From Marsupella aquatica (Eukaryota; Plantae; Marchantiophyta): DNA of 64,000 bases. Shown here piece after piece: positions 1 through 12,273 of this stretch. Below the pieces are notes generated by a model. It was not told where the DNA came from. It was given only the letters and a program-made list of their open reading frames with translations, and did no database searches. Location of the stretch: contig OZ316891.1 of the NCBI GenBank assembly GCA_973895155.1, positions 2,677,701 to 2,741,700 of the forward strand, in the 5' to 3' direction. The translations under genes and the position numbers were made by a program. Position 1 is the first letter of the stretch; the number at the start of each line of letters is the position of its first letter.

Positions 1-365
1 TTCGCTTCGAGCTGGAAACCACAAAATCTATCTTCCTCTGTGCTCACAGCAGAGCTCGCGTGGATCCCACAAAACCTTGCTCTATGCCTGGAGCACAACC
101 CTAAAGGGCAGTGTTGCATAAATCAGATGGGAAACTCTTTGGGCACCACTCTTTAGATGTTGAACTAGATTCTTTCATTGTCTTTGTTCCTTCGTTGGGT
201 TTTGGTTGGGGGATCCCTTGACTTGTTTTTCTTGGGCGCTTTTCCCTCTTTTCCTCCCCTTCAATGGGCTGCTTTGCCATTGGGATCCTGTCTCCCCCCG
301 TTCTGCTTTTTTTGCCCTGGGGCACTCTGATATGTATTAAGGTGACAAAAGAGAACAACTTTTAA

Positions 366-561
366 GTACCTTGCCATTGAAGATGATGTTTGAATTGACA
401 ATATTACCACAATATATTTTTATCTACAAATATGTCACAATTTAGTATGTGGATGAAAAGTTAACAATGTGTCTATGGAACTATATACTAAAACTGTGGC
501 ATATTTATAAGGACTGTGACAGAATTGTATATTAATTGAAACATCCTTAGTGGCTATGTAC
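366..561. mobile_element. Hairpin MITE (~200 bp) flanked by TTAA
   Basis: Left end TTAA-GTACCTTGCCATTGAAGATG; reverse complement of right end TTAA-GTACATAGCCACTAAGGATG. Inner arms ATATGTCACAATTTAGTAT (~430-450) and ATACTAAAACTGTGGCATAT (~485-504) are also complementary. Confidence 0.7.
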
Positions 562-600
562 TTAAACCCATGTTAAAAAAATTACCTCCAATATTTCTAA

Positions 601-1681
601 GAGCACCTCCACCTGAAAACTGACTTACCTCCTCACTGGCCAAAGTGGCTAGTTTCCATTAGGTGATAATGAGAATCACCCCCAGTTTTTGTAGGAAAAC
701 CACACCTGAAACTGACTTACCTCCTCATTGCCCAAAGTGGCTAGCCACTTTTGCAGGCGACCGGCCTGGGTTCCTCCACTAGAGTGTACCCAACCTATTA
801 TGAATTAACCACTTTGAACTACTTTGCCATTAAAGATATTCCAATTGACAATGTTGCCATAAAAAAATTTGTATTTACAAATATGTCACTGTTTTGTATA
901 TGGATAACAAGTTCACCAATGTAACCAGATAATCATATATACAAAAACTGTGATAAATTAGTAAATGATTAGGTTGGAACAGTTTTAGTGGCATTGTAGT
1001 TAATATTTGTATGAACAAAATCTTCTGTCCCTATAGTGTACCCAGTCGGTCATGCACTACAATTTTCCTCCCCTAGGATATGCACTAAAATGGACAATTA
1101 TGGAAATTGGGACCACTCTATCACTTGTGAGCTGTCTAATGAAATCTCCTAAAATAGATCTGAGACATTACACAGCAATGGCGTGCAAGTCTGGCGTTAC
1201 TCCCTGCCTGCTTCTAGAGTGTAGGAGTGGCATGCCAGGCTAAAAAACAGGCAAGACAATCAATCACCTTTTGGAATTTTGGCACCAAAAATGTTCCCCC
1301 GTCAACCTTTACTATCTGTAAATGTAGGGGACCAATTGGATGTGGGGAGAAAATTTGATCACGAAACACTCCAACCATACACTTGTTCAGTTGTTACATG
1401 GTTCGCCTCAAGGTCGGCTACATCCACAGGAAGACAATTGAAAGCTTTATTAATGTTTATGTGTCTACTCAAACATCACCATAGTTGTCTCTTTCTTCAA
1501 ACTCTCATCTCTTGTTATATGCTATGTGTTCTCTCTTGATAACTTTCTTTTGTGTGGGCACACCATTTAGTACTTGGAGAGATAAGGGACAATCTCTTCA
1601 ACTAGGGTAAGAGCAAACCCTAGTCAACATACTAACTATAGTTCAACCCAAGACTGAGTTAACCTCTGCATTGGAGTGCTC
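601..1681. mobile_element. Putative non-autonomous PIF/Harbinger (Tourist-like) element with TAA TSD
   Basis: TAA|GAGCACCTCCA at 598-611 and TTGGAGTGCTC|TAA at 1671-1684 resemble Tourist-type termini with a 3-bp TAA TSD. Contains a 43-bp direct repeat (610-652 vs 703-744) and a nested hairpin MITE. Pairing of the two ends is inferred. Confidence 0.45.
813..1003. mobile_element. Second, diverged copy of the 366-561 hairpin MITE
   Basis: Colinear similarity to 361-566 (TTGCCATT.AAGAT...AATTGACAAT...ACAAATATGTCAC...AAAACTGTG...TTAGTGGC...GTA.TTAA). Confidence 0.65.
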
Positions 1682-1699
1682 TAAGGATTATGTCATTTG

Positions 1700-2100
1700 T
1701 GTGAAGAGGATTCTGGGATGAGGGTTTGTCCAAAAGCTAGCCCACTTATGAAGCTTGAACTTGGAGTCTCACTTGTCAAATGAAGACTCCAACAGCTCAC
1801 CTAAGCTTGTTGCAATGACTAATGTAGATTAAACTCTACACTTATGTGGATCCAAGCACCGTAGGTAGGGTTTGGGAATGTGAATACACACACCCTCATG
1901 TCTTCACCTTTTGTGCACAATGGACAAGAGTAGCATTGAATGGCAGGATCCAATTATAGACAGCAATACAGAAGTCTCCCAATGACCCTTGTTTGAATTG
2001 TTCCATAGCCTTCAATCCTCTAAGACATTAGTCCTTCAATCTCCAAGAATCTTCTCACCTTCCAGGTTGCACCCATGTAGTGCCAGTCTGCAAGCTAAAC
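1700..2100 (-). mobile_element. Possible decayed L1-clade LINE ORF1 (DUF4283-like) remnant
   Basis: Broken minus-strand frames give SLGDFCIAVYNWILPF, PTYGAWIHI and VIATSLGELLE in the order expected for the plant LINE ORF1 motifs (W.P.F ... PVWVRI ... IA..LG.VL). Recognised by eye only. Confidence 0.3.
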
Positions 2101-2760
2101 CAACTGTGGACTTCGTTCTGGGATTTCTGATACAAATCCGGTGCCAGGTTTGAGAGGCAGGAAGGACCAGAGGAGTTCTGATCTCAAGCTTGGCAAAACA
2201 AAATTGGGTTTTGATTCTGTAGCACCCCAAAAGGGCAAAGCTTTTGGTTACACTACTCATCTAGAAAACAAAACTGAATTGGGCCAATTTATTAAAAAAG
2301 GGTCAAACAAAGTACAATGCAGTAAAAGCAAAAGAGGTCCACAAAGGACAAACACAACCTCAGAAGAGATGGGCAAATGCAACCCAAAGACCAAGAAAAA
2401 GAAAATTAAATACAATACCAAAAAAATGTATCATTACAATAGTTTGATGATCTATTGTTCCACATCTAGAGTGGTAACTAAGTTTGCAAGAACATGGATG
2501 TCCTCTAAGGGGGAAAGCCTCGGGAAAGCCTCTGCTCAGGTGCAACAGTATGATTGCTAGAGACCTGCGATAGATTTGTCAGGCTTGAGCACCTTGTAAA
2601 GCCACCAAATCTGCTGATGGATAGTGGTGGTCCTCCACACACCCTGGTCATTTCTTTGCATATCTCTTTGGCTTAGGCTCTCATGTCTTTAATTGTACTT
2701 GTTGTGTCCAGCCCTACATGTAAAGTGTGGACCCTCAAGACAACACAAAAAGAACTAAAT

Positions 2761-3088
2761 AACCAATTGGCTTAGGTCAATTGGCTAGGGGATTTGCCTG
2801 GAACTGAGAGGTCCCAGGTTCAATCCCCCCCGCCACACACTGGGGTGTGGAGGGTATTTGTATGTGGGTGGGATGGGTTTTGTGGGTAGTGGATTGGAGT
2901 TCTGATTATCTGTTCGGCCCCTGGTCGTCCACTTTGTGGCCCTGATTTAATCTTCTCTCCTTCCTGGTGCGGGTCCCTGTCGGATCCGTTGGGGCTCACC
3001 CTAGTCTGGGTTCCCTACAGAAAAACTGTCACATTGGGATGGGGGGAGTCTAATTGTATTTCCTCCCCATTTCCGTTCAAGACAAAAA
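2761..3088 (+). mobile_element. tRNA-derived SINE with 14-bp TSD and A tail
   Basis: TSD AAAAAGAACTAAAT at 2747-2760 and 3089-3102. A-box-like TGGCTTAGGTCAATTGG (~2768-2784), B-box GGTTCAATCC (2817-2826), 3' oligo-A. Confidence 0.85.
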
Positions 3089-3783
3089 AAAAAGAACTAA
3101 ATTATAATTTTCTAATATGATAGGCACCCTCATTTGGTACCGTTGACTAAAAGTGTAGCACTAGGAACTGACATTTTAAGGTAGAGGAGGTTTGGTACTA
3201 CAAATATTTGAAAGGGGTACATATGGAGGCTACGGTAAAGACAGAACACCAATCATTGTTGTCTCAATTGTCGTCCTTGTCATTGAAGAGCATAGCTAGT
3301 GCAAACTTGACAAGTTGTAGACGGGGCCACCACCTGCAAGGGTGCTGAGGTTGACAATACACTTTCTACCTATAAGACTGAAGACCGGGCTCAAGACTCA
3401 TGTCTTGGCTGAAGTGTACTGCATGGCCCCATGGAGACATGGAAGTTGTAATGGGGGACTTCCTGTTGCCATCCATCATCTTGTGTCATTTGTCACCAAA
3501 CCAGGCACCCATAAAGTGGCTCGTGGGGGTGACAAGTATGAGCTTTGGGCAACATTTGGGAGATAATTGTTCCATTTGCATGTTTGGGACATGCACGAGG
3601 ATGTATGCTAGCAAATACACGAGTTCTTATTAGGATTGGGAAAGTCATCTGCTTATGGGGGTATAAGTCAACCGATTAAATGGCATAGCCTAGACTGTAT
3701 GATGCATTGCCAGGGGCAAAGCACTTTAGCTAGATTAAACAAGTAGACAATCTATTGTGATGGAAAACTACTTTCAGAGTATA

Positions 3784-3982
3784 GTCTCTAGACAGTGACT
3801 CTGGGCCGTGACTCTGGGTGCAACCAAAGTTGGGGGTGCAAGTGGAAAACAGGGATTGGGGGCATTTAACTATATTACTGTGGTCAAAAGTTAGTTTTCA
3901 GGCCCATTTTCAGGCCTCTAGACCCTGACTTGGGGGCATAATTGAACTTGGGGGGCAAGTAGAAAATGGGGATTGGGGTCAG
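3784..3982. repeat. Diverged ~125-bp tandem duplication
   Basis: CTCTAGAC..TGACT.GGG...TTGGGGG.GCAAGT.GAAAA..GGGATTGGGG occurs at ~3786-3862 and ~3915-3979. Confidence 0.6.
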
Positions 3983-5695
3983 GGTGAGTCTCCAAAATGA
4001 TGCAAGGGGCTTGAATGTCCTCACCTCTATTTATGTTCAAAGAATGGGCATTCAGGCTAGTTAGCTTTATTAATCAGAAACTTTAGTGAACCAAAAAAAG
4101 TGCGCAGGGTATATCACAATTCAAGCCACTTGTAAAAATCAAATTGCCTTGGCAAACTGATTTTATATCCAAGAGCAAGTCTTTCATTGTCAATAATAAA
4201 TAGATTGTCCAAGAGATACAGCACTAAGATCCTGGATTTGGTTGATACTAGTTTAGTCTTAAGGCTGAAAAAAATTCAAAGACAACAAAGTGCAGGCCTG
4301 ACAAATTATATTCAACTAACAGCATTCCAAGCCGGATGCATGCTTTCCACCAGAAGGGATTTGAAGACAACTTCTAGGCAACCAGAAATATAACTTTCAG
4401 ACCACTTCAAAGGAGCAGTTACAAGTAAGGTAAAGCCCTCCCAAGGAAGGTGATTTCCAGAATGAATGTCCAAGGGCTTTGAGCTGGCTAGGGTTTTTCA
4501 TTTGGGGAACTCCTTGACACAAAAGGCTTTACCATGCTTTGAGTTTTGTCAAATTTTCCTTTAACAGAGCTAAAATGCAACATGGAATGCACTTCACAGG
4601 CTCTGGAGTGCACACTGTTGCAGCAGAATTGCACTTTATATCCTTCAGTATTGCTCTGGGCAAAGGTTGTTGAATTTACTAACAAAATTCTTGATAAAGC
4701 TTTAAAGATGAGGCAAACAAATTCTATGGCTAGATTCTCTATGTTGAGGAATCCAAAGCAATACATTCATATGTCTTTTGGCAGGAAAGAAGCTATTCAT
4801 ATTTCTCAATTGAAGTTTGTCACATTCATCATAGCTTCAATCTTGAGAATCAAAACTATGCCATTATATTTACAGGAAAAAAGCTTCATTAAGAGTTAGG
4901 GCTAGCCATTTATACAGAGTGCAGCCTCAGGGATTGATTACCAATGTTGTGCGCAAACATATTGGGGTTGCCTGAGTCCATCCGAGCACCTTGTCAAACC
5001 TTTGTGTCTGTCCGGGCTTTCTTTGTTCAAAATTTCTTTTAATAGAAAGGAAACATTGTAAAACCTTGCATGTATGGGTGTATGGGTAGTTGCCAACTTG
5101 GGCTCGCAATTTTAGAAACGAATCCAGATTCCCCTAACGACATCCAAAATCTCGTTATGACTGCATTACGTGCTCCGTGGCATTTATTACAGTATCGCCC
5201 TCGTCCAATTGAACAGTTGCCAAGTTTTGAGCTAACGACCACCGTCCAGATGATGAGATTGGGGCCCACGCGTGTCAAACCTGAATCGAGGAAAAATGAC
5301 TGGGTCGATGGATTATACCCGTCTGCATAGTGTTTCAAACTTTGAACCCTAAGTATAAGTAAAGCATTGGTAGCTTTGCAGATTTTCAGTTTTGTCGTCT
5401 TCAATCTATATGAGGCGGTTCTTGGCTCATTACAAAGCTTACTTTATAAAACTACGGTGCTTCATCAGAAAATTGACTTTGGAAGGGAACATGCATGGAT
5501 GCTGTTCCAACTTTGAAATTGTAAGTGAACGATGGTATAAAACCGTGATTCTTCGCATATTTGTTGTTTGGTCATCAATCCAGTGATTCTTGCTTGATAC
5601 AAAGCTTATTTTATCCTCTTTCTTTTGAGCTAAGGTGCGTTGTCAGGGGTTTGGTATTCGGAGAGAAATCTTACTCGCAACTTACGGATGGAATA

Positions 5696-6355
5696 GATGA
5701 CGGGTATTTCGCCTGACGGGTATTCTAGTGACAAAACCGGATTTTCAAATCCCGCCAAGGTTCCAACAGGAAACCCGTGACCTTGACACCGTCTCATAAA
5801 TTTTAATTATTAATTTTTTCTTAAGTAACAAAACAAAATACAAGTCTTAAACTGAAGCCTCCATGGGCTTCGATGTCTGACAAGATCTCAGGATGGAGAA
5901 CACAAACCTAGAACGACTGAAAAATAGCCTTTTATGCACTCAAATAATACTTCTCTTTAGTAAAAAAGTTCAAACTTTTCTTTGCAACAGTAACATGGTC
6001 CATCCTGGTTATTACAAGGTTCATGAGACTATCCACTCAATTTTTGAATTCTGCAAACTCTCTGTCGGGAACGCGACCTCGGTGGACGAAGTTGCGGACG
6101 GGACAGTGGACGGGTATTGGACCTGACGGGCGATTTAGCGACCAAACTTGATTTTTAATTAGTTCCCGTGACGATGGACGGGTGCTTCGCCTGACGGGTG
6201 GGTAAGCGGAGAAATTTCGATGGGAAACCCGTGACCTTGATAGACGAGACACTACTGGGCATGCGTTTCGCCTGACGGGTGTTTTAGCAAGGAGACTGGA
6301 TTTTCGGGTGACGGGAAGGCTGTGACGGGAAACCCGTGAGATTGATGGACGGGAG
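5696..6355. repeat. TGACGGG/GGAAACCCGTGA motif cluster upstream of PMIR
   Basis: About 8 TGACG and 4 GGACGGG. TCGCCTGACGGGT at ~5709, 6187, 6268. GGAAACCCGTGA at 5769, 6223, 6328. Confidence 0.75.
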
Positions 6356-7249
6356 ACCGTGGAGGCCCCACGGGCAAGTTCCTCTTCTTCCGGCTGGCCT
6401 CGAAGCGAGAGCGCGTGCATGTGGCCTGGTAGGGAAATGCCAATCACAGAACAAGAAAAGCTTATCAGTCTATCGACAGCCACCACCGAACGCGGCCACC
6501 TCTTGGGTGCAGCGGTCGTTCGAGCGTAGGCCCCTACTACGACTGCTGCCACTACTAGTTAGTGTCCAGTAGCAATGGCACGAGTGGATTAATGGTGGAG
6601 CACGAAGCTCGCGACGAAGTACTTGGAAATTGTGGAAGTCTGCCTCCAAAGCCGTCTGTGGTTCTGCATCATTCCGCTCTCTACCGGAGTAGGAATGCTG
6701 GAGTTCCTGGAGTGGCAGGCAGGCAGAAAGGTTGTTGTTGGCAGAGCGGTCCTACCGAAAAATACCGAGCATCAATTCTGGCCACAGTCAGCTCAATTTT
6801 GCCTGGCGTTATTACAGTGATAGTCTGATAGATACGAGGGAGGGAGGGAGGGAGGGAGGTCCATGTCCATGGATGAGCAGGTCCGACGAGGATGGATGGG
6901 AAAGAAGAGGACGATTGGACTGGGTCTGAGCTTCGCTGTTGCCAGAGTACTGCTGCTACTAGTGTAGGAGGAGGGAGTACGCAAAATCGAGGATTTGTGT
7001 GATTGAGAGGAAGCGGAAAAGCAGAGCTCTTGGCCATCGCTAGCTCGAAGGCATTTTACTGATCTGGACTAACTCTTTCATTGTCTGCATGGTCATTTAG
7101 TTAGCTGGGAAGACGTGGATGTGATGTGGCTGCCATGAGCCACCACATGAGGAAGGAGGCACCGATGGAGTTTTTGAAAACCTAATTTGCTCGGGAGAGG
7201 GAGGAGGAAGGAGGGTTGAAAACCATCCGGGGGACGGGGAGGAGAAGAG

Positions 7250-10200
7250 ATGGTGAATTCTGCACCCAATTCGCCTGGAGGAGTGTCAGCTGCGAGGTCC
7301 CGAGCAGACACAGGAGCCAATTTGCTGCAGGAATTAGAAGCATTGAGCCAGGCGTTGTACAAAGCTAGCCAGGCTCAAAATGTCATCTCTGGTGGACCAC
7401 CAGGCCCCAGTCCGAGAAAGGACAACCAGTACCACAGCCATCAACAACCACAACATCAGCAAGAACAACAACATGCCCATTCTGGCTCTTCAGCCGGGCT
7501 GCAGAGACGAGAGACCATGCCAGCCCGGACAATCGATGTCTTCGGCAAACACTCGTCTCTGGGAGGGAGTGGTGGTGGCAATAATCCTATTCAGCTTCCC
7601 GGCCGGAGGGGCACCCAAGGCATGAGGCATTCCATTTCTTCTGGGCGTTCTGCCCCTCTTTATGAAGAAAAGGATCAAGAAGAGATGTGGAAGCATCCCA
7701 AGCATTCCAGGCACTCCATTGCGGCAGTACCTAGGCCCCTTCCTCCCGCTATGTTTGGGCTTCCAGAAGAGGAGGAAGAAGCACTTGCAACAGCATCAGC
7801 ACCTAGGGCTGAGAGGAAGCTGCAGCCTTGGCATTCGCAGGGATTTGAAAAAAATCTGCCACAGGTAACGAATTTCCCCGAATGGCTGGAAGATAACATG
7901 AACTTTAGTAGAAAACTAGAGGCTGAACCAGAAAAGAAGAAGAGCATTTGGAACTGGAAACCGTTCCGGACTCTCTCACATTTAGGACACCATCGGTATA
8001 ATTGCCTCTTCACTCTACATGTGCATGCCATTGAAAGTCTTCCCCAAGCTATGAATGGCCTGAGGCTCACAGTGCATTGGCGACACAAGGACCGATCGGT
8101 CCAGACAATGCCGTCTCGTGTATTTCAGGGCTCTGCAGAATTCGAAGAAACGTTACAGCTGAGGTGTAGCGTTTATAGCAGCAAGAGTGCTCACCATGCC
8201 GTTAAGTTCATGCCTAAAGCCTTTACTCTTGGTGTCATTGCCCTGGATGTGGATGAGCTGGTTTTAGGACAACATCGTTTGGATCTTAGCAGATTGCTTC
8301 CCGAGGCACCTGAGCACGATCATGAGGATGATGACAAGCCCGTCAGTTGGACCACAAGTTTCAAACTGGCCGGGAAAGCCAAGGGAGGCACTCTAGTGGT
8401 CACTTTCGGGTATGAGCTGTTGCACAAAGAGAAGCATGACAAAAGTGGGCGCTTTGGATCGATAATTGGGTCGCCTTCTATGAGCTCCCCATCCCTTCGC
8501 TCATTCAGTGCTGGCTCCCACTCCACTCATGGAACTCCTCGTCCGCGTCCAGCAGACGAGAGCAGTTTTTACTCCCCCACCCTGTCAGAGCCTGGTGACT
8601 ACCATGACTACATGGCGATGGAACATTTAAACCTTGACGATTCACATCACTATGAGGTTGGTAGTGGTACAGGTAGCGGTGGTCGCTTTGGAGATGACAG
8701 CAGCAGCAGCAGCAGCAGCAGGGGCTCGAGGGCGGTGAAATCTAGGTATAACCGGTTAGATTCGAAGGCAGTAGGAATCCCTTACCCAGAGGCCGAAAGT
8801 AGTCTCTTCGGTGTTCCCCAAACAAAGGAATCAACCCCAGTAGCACCGCTCACGCCGAGGCAAACGGAGGAGTTTGCCGAGTCTAAGAAGGAGCCGAATC
8901 AGGATCATCACGCGTCTTCCGCACGCGATTCTTATGGGGGTTCGGACGAGGAGGATCAAGAGTTCGTAGTGGTGGATCAAGGAGTAGAAGTGGGTACTCT
9001 GCCTGAGAACATTCAGTATCCTGAGCACAGGTATGATGAGGCGAGGGTTGGTATTGAGGATCCGGACAAGAAACACCCAGAAATATCAGTTCCTGTTCTT
9101 GAGAGGCAATTTTCCTTCGGGCACAGGCCTGATGGGGAAAATGTCAATTTGGGAGATCTAAGCCAGAAGCCAGAGGAGGAGCCAGAACCTTCACCAATTC
9201 CTGAGCAGAATTTGTCCTTGGACTGGCCCGTTGCTGGTGCAGAGGCCGAGGTTGAAGAAGAAGACAAGGTGGTCCTGCCAGAGTTTCATAGAGTCGAAGA
9301 AAACCCGGGCCCGACCACTGAAGTGGCGAGATCGGTCTCGGGCTGGGGGGAGGAAGTACCGGAAAAGGACGGAAACGAAAGTAGGGCTGAAGACGCCGAG
9401 GACGAGGCAGCGAAGCGCTGGGACCCCCTGGGAAGATTTGAACAATGGATTCCGAAAGAACAGCCGGTGCCAGAATTGAAGCTCGTCGATGCGGTCGGTA
9501 GTAACAATAGACAGGAAGAGAAGGAGCCGTACGGAGAAGCAGAGATACAGACGATAGATCACCCGCCAAAATCTGAAGAAGTAGTAGGGGATCACGCAAC
9601 AGCAGAGTTTTTGGACGTGCCTGGGAAGCAAGAGCAGGAGAACGTAGCCCTGGTGGAAGAAGCAGAACAAGAAGAGAAAGCAGAAGAGAGAGAAGAATTC
9701 GAAACAAGAGAAGAAGAAACAGGGGTTTCAGAAACAGTATTCTGGAAGACTCCAGAAGACGAAGCAGAGGCAGAAACAGTAAATTGGGAGACGCCCCCTT
9801 CATCGCCTCCTTACCCATCAGGTCATGAGGATATGATCGCACAGAGAGATTTTTCGATGGAGGTAGAGGAGCCGAGTAGCAGAGCGATGTCCTTTGCGGT
9901 TCAGCAGCCGTCGGTAGAGAGCGACTTTGGTAATACACGCAGTCAAGCGATGTTCGAGGACTTGGACAATGAAGTGGATCTCATTGCTGGAGATTTTCTA
10001 TCCATGCTGGAGGGGGGAAGTGACAGAGGAGGGTTGACAATGGGGATGAGCTCTGACAGTGAGAATGAGTCTCCCAGGGCCGTTCTGCTGAGGCAGTTTG
10101 AGCAGGAGGCACTCCTAGAAGGAGGCGTTGGCCTTCGTCTTGGCGGTAACGAAGGGATGCCGGACCTCAACTTGGATGAGATTGGGGAAGGAATAAGGGG

Positions 10201-12273
10201 TGATCGTGTCGATCAGTTGGGATTTTCCGGTGTCCATTCCGATGGGGCAGGACCTGGGTGGAAGAGCGGTGAAGAAGAAAAGCTGGCTTCAATCATGGAG
10301 GCTGCAGAGTCTGAGCTACAGAAAGCCACTCAAACGATGCGAAGCAAGACCCGAGCTAAAATGCTGGAAGATGCGGAAACGGAGGCCCTCATGCAGGAGT
10401 GGGGATTGAATGAGAGAGCATTCGAAAATTCTCCGCCAAATCAGCCGCCAGCATTTGTAGATGTGATTGGCAATCAGATGTTGAAAGTACCCACGGAGCC
10501 TCCTGTCCTGGCACAGGGTGTGGGTCCTGTTGTTCAAACCAAAGACGGAGGAATGTTGAGATCCATGACCCCTTCGCTCTTCTCTCAAGGCAACTCCAGC
10601 GGGAAACTCGTAATGCAGGTGTCTAAGCCGGTTGTGGTACCTTCGGAGATGGGTTCTAGTGGTCTGGACATTTTTAGGCGTTTGTCTTCTGGAGGTGTAG
10701 AGAATATGGCTCTTCAAGCCATGGTAGCCATGCCACTGGAGGACATTACTGGAAAGAGCGTACATCAAATTGCTTATGAGTCAAAAGCAGCGCTGGAAGG
10801 ACCGAGTTATAGCCAGGCCTACCTACCAAGTAACGGGTGAGTTTTTTCATACTTGAAGAGGACTTGTTGTTTCTCCACTGAAGCTTGTTTTAGTTAGTGA
10901 CGCATTTGGTCCTAACCTCTTGACCTCAAAAGCTGCATGGAGACATCCGCGTGAAGGACTTGCAGCTGCTGGAAGTTCATCTGATCGTGTATGACACTAA
11001 AAAGAGTCCAATGCCGTACAGAACATGAAATTTGTTGAACCTCTGCATTTCACGACAACATGTACTACGAACAATTCTGTTGGTAGAGTTGCTTTTTAAT
11101 CGATGCCTAGCATTTGTGTTCACCAGGTACAGTCTGGGTCCGCGCGGGGGACGCCATAATGACACTGCAATTTCTTCAAAGTCAATGGCAAGGGGTGCGT
11201 CAAGAGGGTTCGGTCCTGCAGATCCATCTGAGGAGTTCGTGAGTCTGGAAGAACTTGCACCTATGGCAATGCAGAAAGTTGAAGCTCTTGCCGTGGATGG
11301 GCTGAAAATTCAAGCGGACATGACTGATGAGACTGCTCCCTACAGTGTGGATTCCTTACCGTGGGCGGGAGGTGCTGGTATCCAGCAAGGTAGTAAGTTC
11401 AAAAAAGGAGGGGGTGTCGGTTCACTGGATGGTGTTGCTGCTATGCATCTTCTTGATGCGAGGAGTTTTAGTGACGACACTCCCGTTGAAGCTGACGGGC
11501 TGATGTCCAAAGTGATCTCAATAGATGAGTGGATGCGGCTTGATGCTGGCCATTATGATGAGAATGACACCAAGGATGAGACTCTGGCAATTTTGGCAGC
11601 TCATGGGGTGGTGCACAAGGATGTAGTTGCCAGGGGTAGCAAGGAAGATAGGATTAGGTACTTGCAAGGTGCTAAAGCAAGTGCCAACTTTGGAAAAGGA
11701 GGATTTATGGGGAATACCCTCACCATTGCCATGTTGGTCCAGCTTCGAGATCCCCTCCGAAACAACGAGCCTGTTGGTGCACCTATGATGGCATTGGTGC
11801 AAGCTGAAAGGATGATTGTTCCACCGCGTCCAAAGATTCCACGGCGTTCTCCTTCACTGCTTGGTAATTCCGAGGTGTGGGAAGAGGAAGAGCCCTTACC
11901 GGAAACTCCACCACAGCCTCAATTCAAGGTTACTGCAGTGCACATGTCAGGGTTGAAACCAACTGAAGAGCACAGTAAAGATAAGGGTAAACCAAAGAAA
12001 GTATGGGGCAATCAAAAGCAACAGCAGTCAGGATCGCGGTGGCTTGCTGCCAATGGCATGGGCAAGAGTGCTTCCGCAAGTTCAAAGCTTTCAGCCCTCA
12101 AAGGTAGGCCTCAGTCTGACAGGGAAACTACAGCGAGGCCGGGTGAGTCCCTTTGGAGTATTTCCTCCCGTGTCCATGGCACTGGATCAAAATGGAAGGA
12201 AATAGCAGCCCTGAACCCACATATTCGCAATCCAGATGTCATTTTTGCTAACCAGAAAATTAGAACTAGATAA
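7250..12273 (+). CDS. PMIR: PLASTID MOVEMENT IMPAIRED1-related protein (NT-C2 domain, C-terminal LysM-like motif), ~1577 aa
   Basis: Exons 7250-10836 (GG|gtgagt) and 11127-12273 (caccag|G), phase 2, frame continuous. Family motifs: LLQELEALSQALY, KKSIWNWKP..LSH, NT-C2 region (VQTMPSRVFQGSAEFEETL), ESPRAVLLRQFEQE, MLEDAETEALMQEWGLNE, MPLEDITGKS, QLRDPLRNNEPVGAPM, ESLWSISSRVHGTGSKWKEIAALNPHIRNPDVI. Confidence 0.95.
8698..8719 (+). repeat. (AGC)7 coding microsatellite (poly-Ser) in PMIR
   Basis: cagcagcagcagcagcagcagc encodes DDSSSSSSSR. Confidence 0.9.

Noticed and set aside
4100-4900. Short ORFs (4187-4393, 4546-4899) possibly a decayed gene
   Set aside because: No ordered, recognisable motifs; cannot be supported without a search.
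7380-10768. Overlapping and antisense ORFs within PMIR (e.g. 9144-9938, 264 aa) and within PK exon 1 (56995-57857)
   Set aside because: Shadow frames of GC-rich or low-complexity coding sequence.
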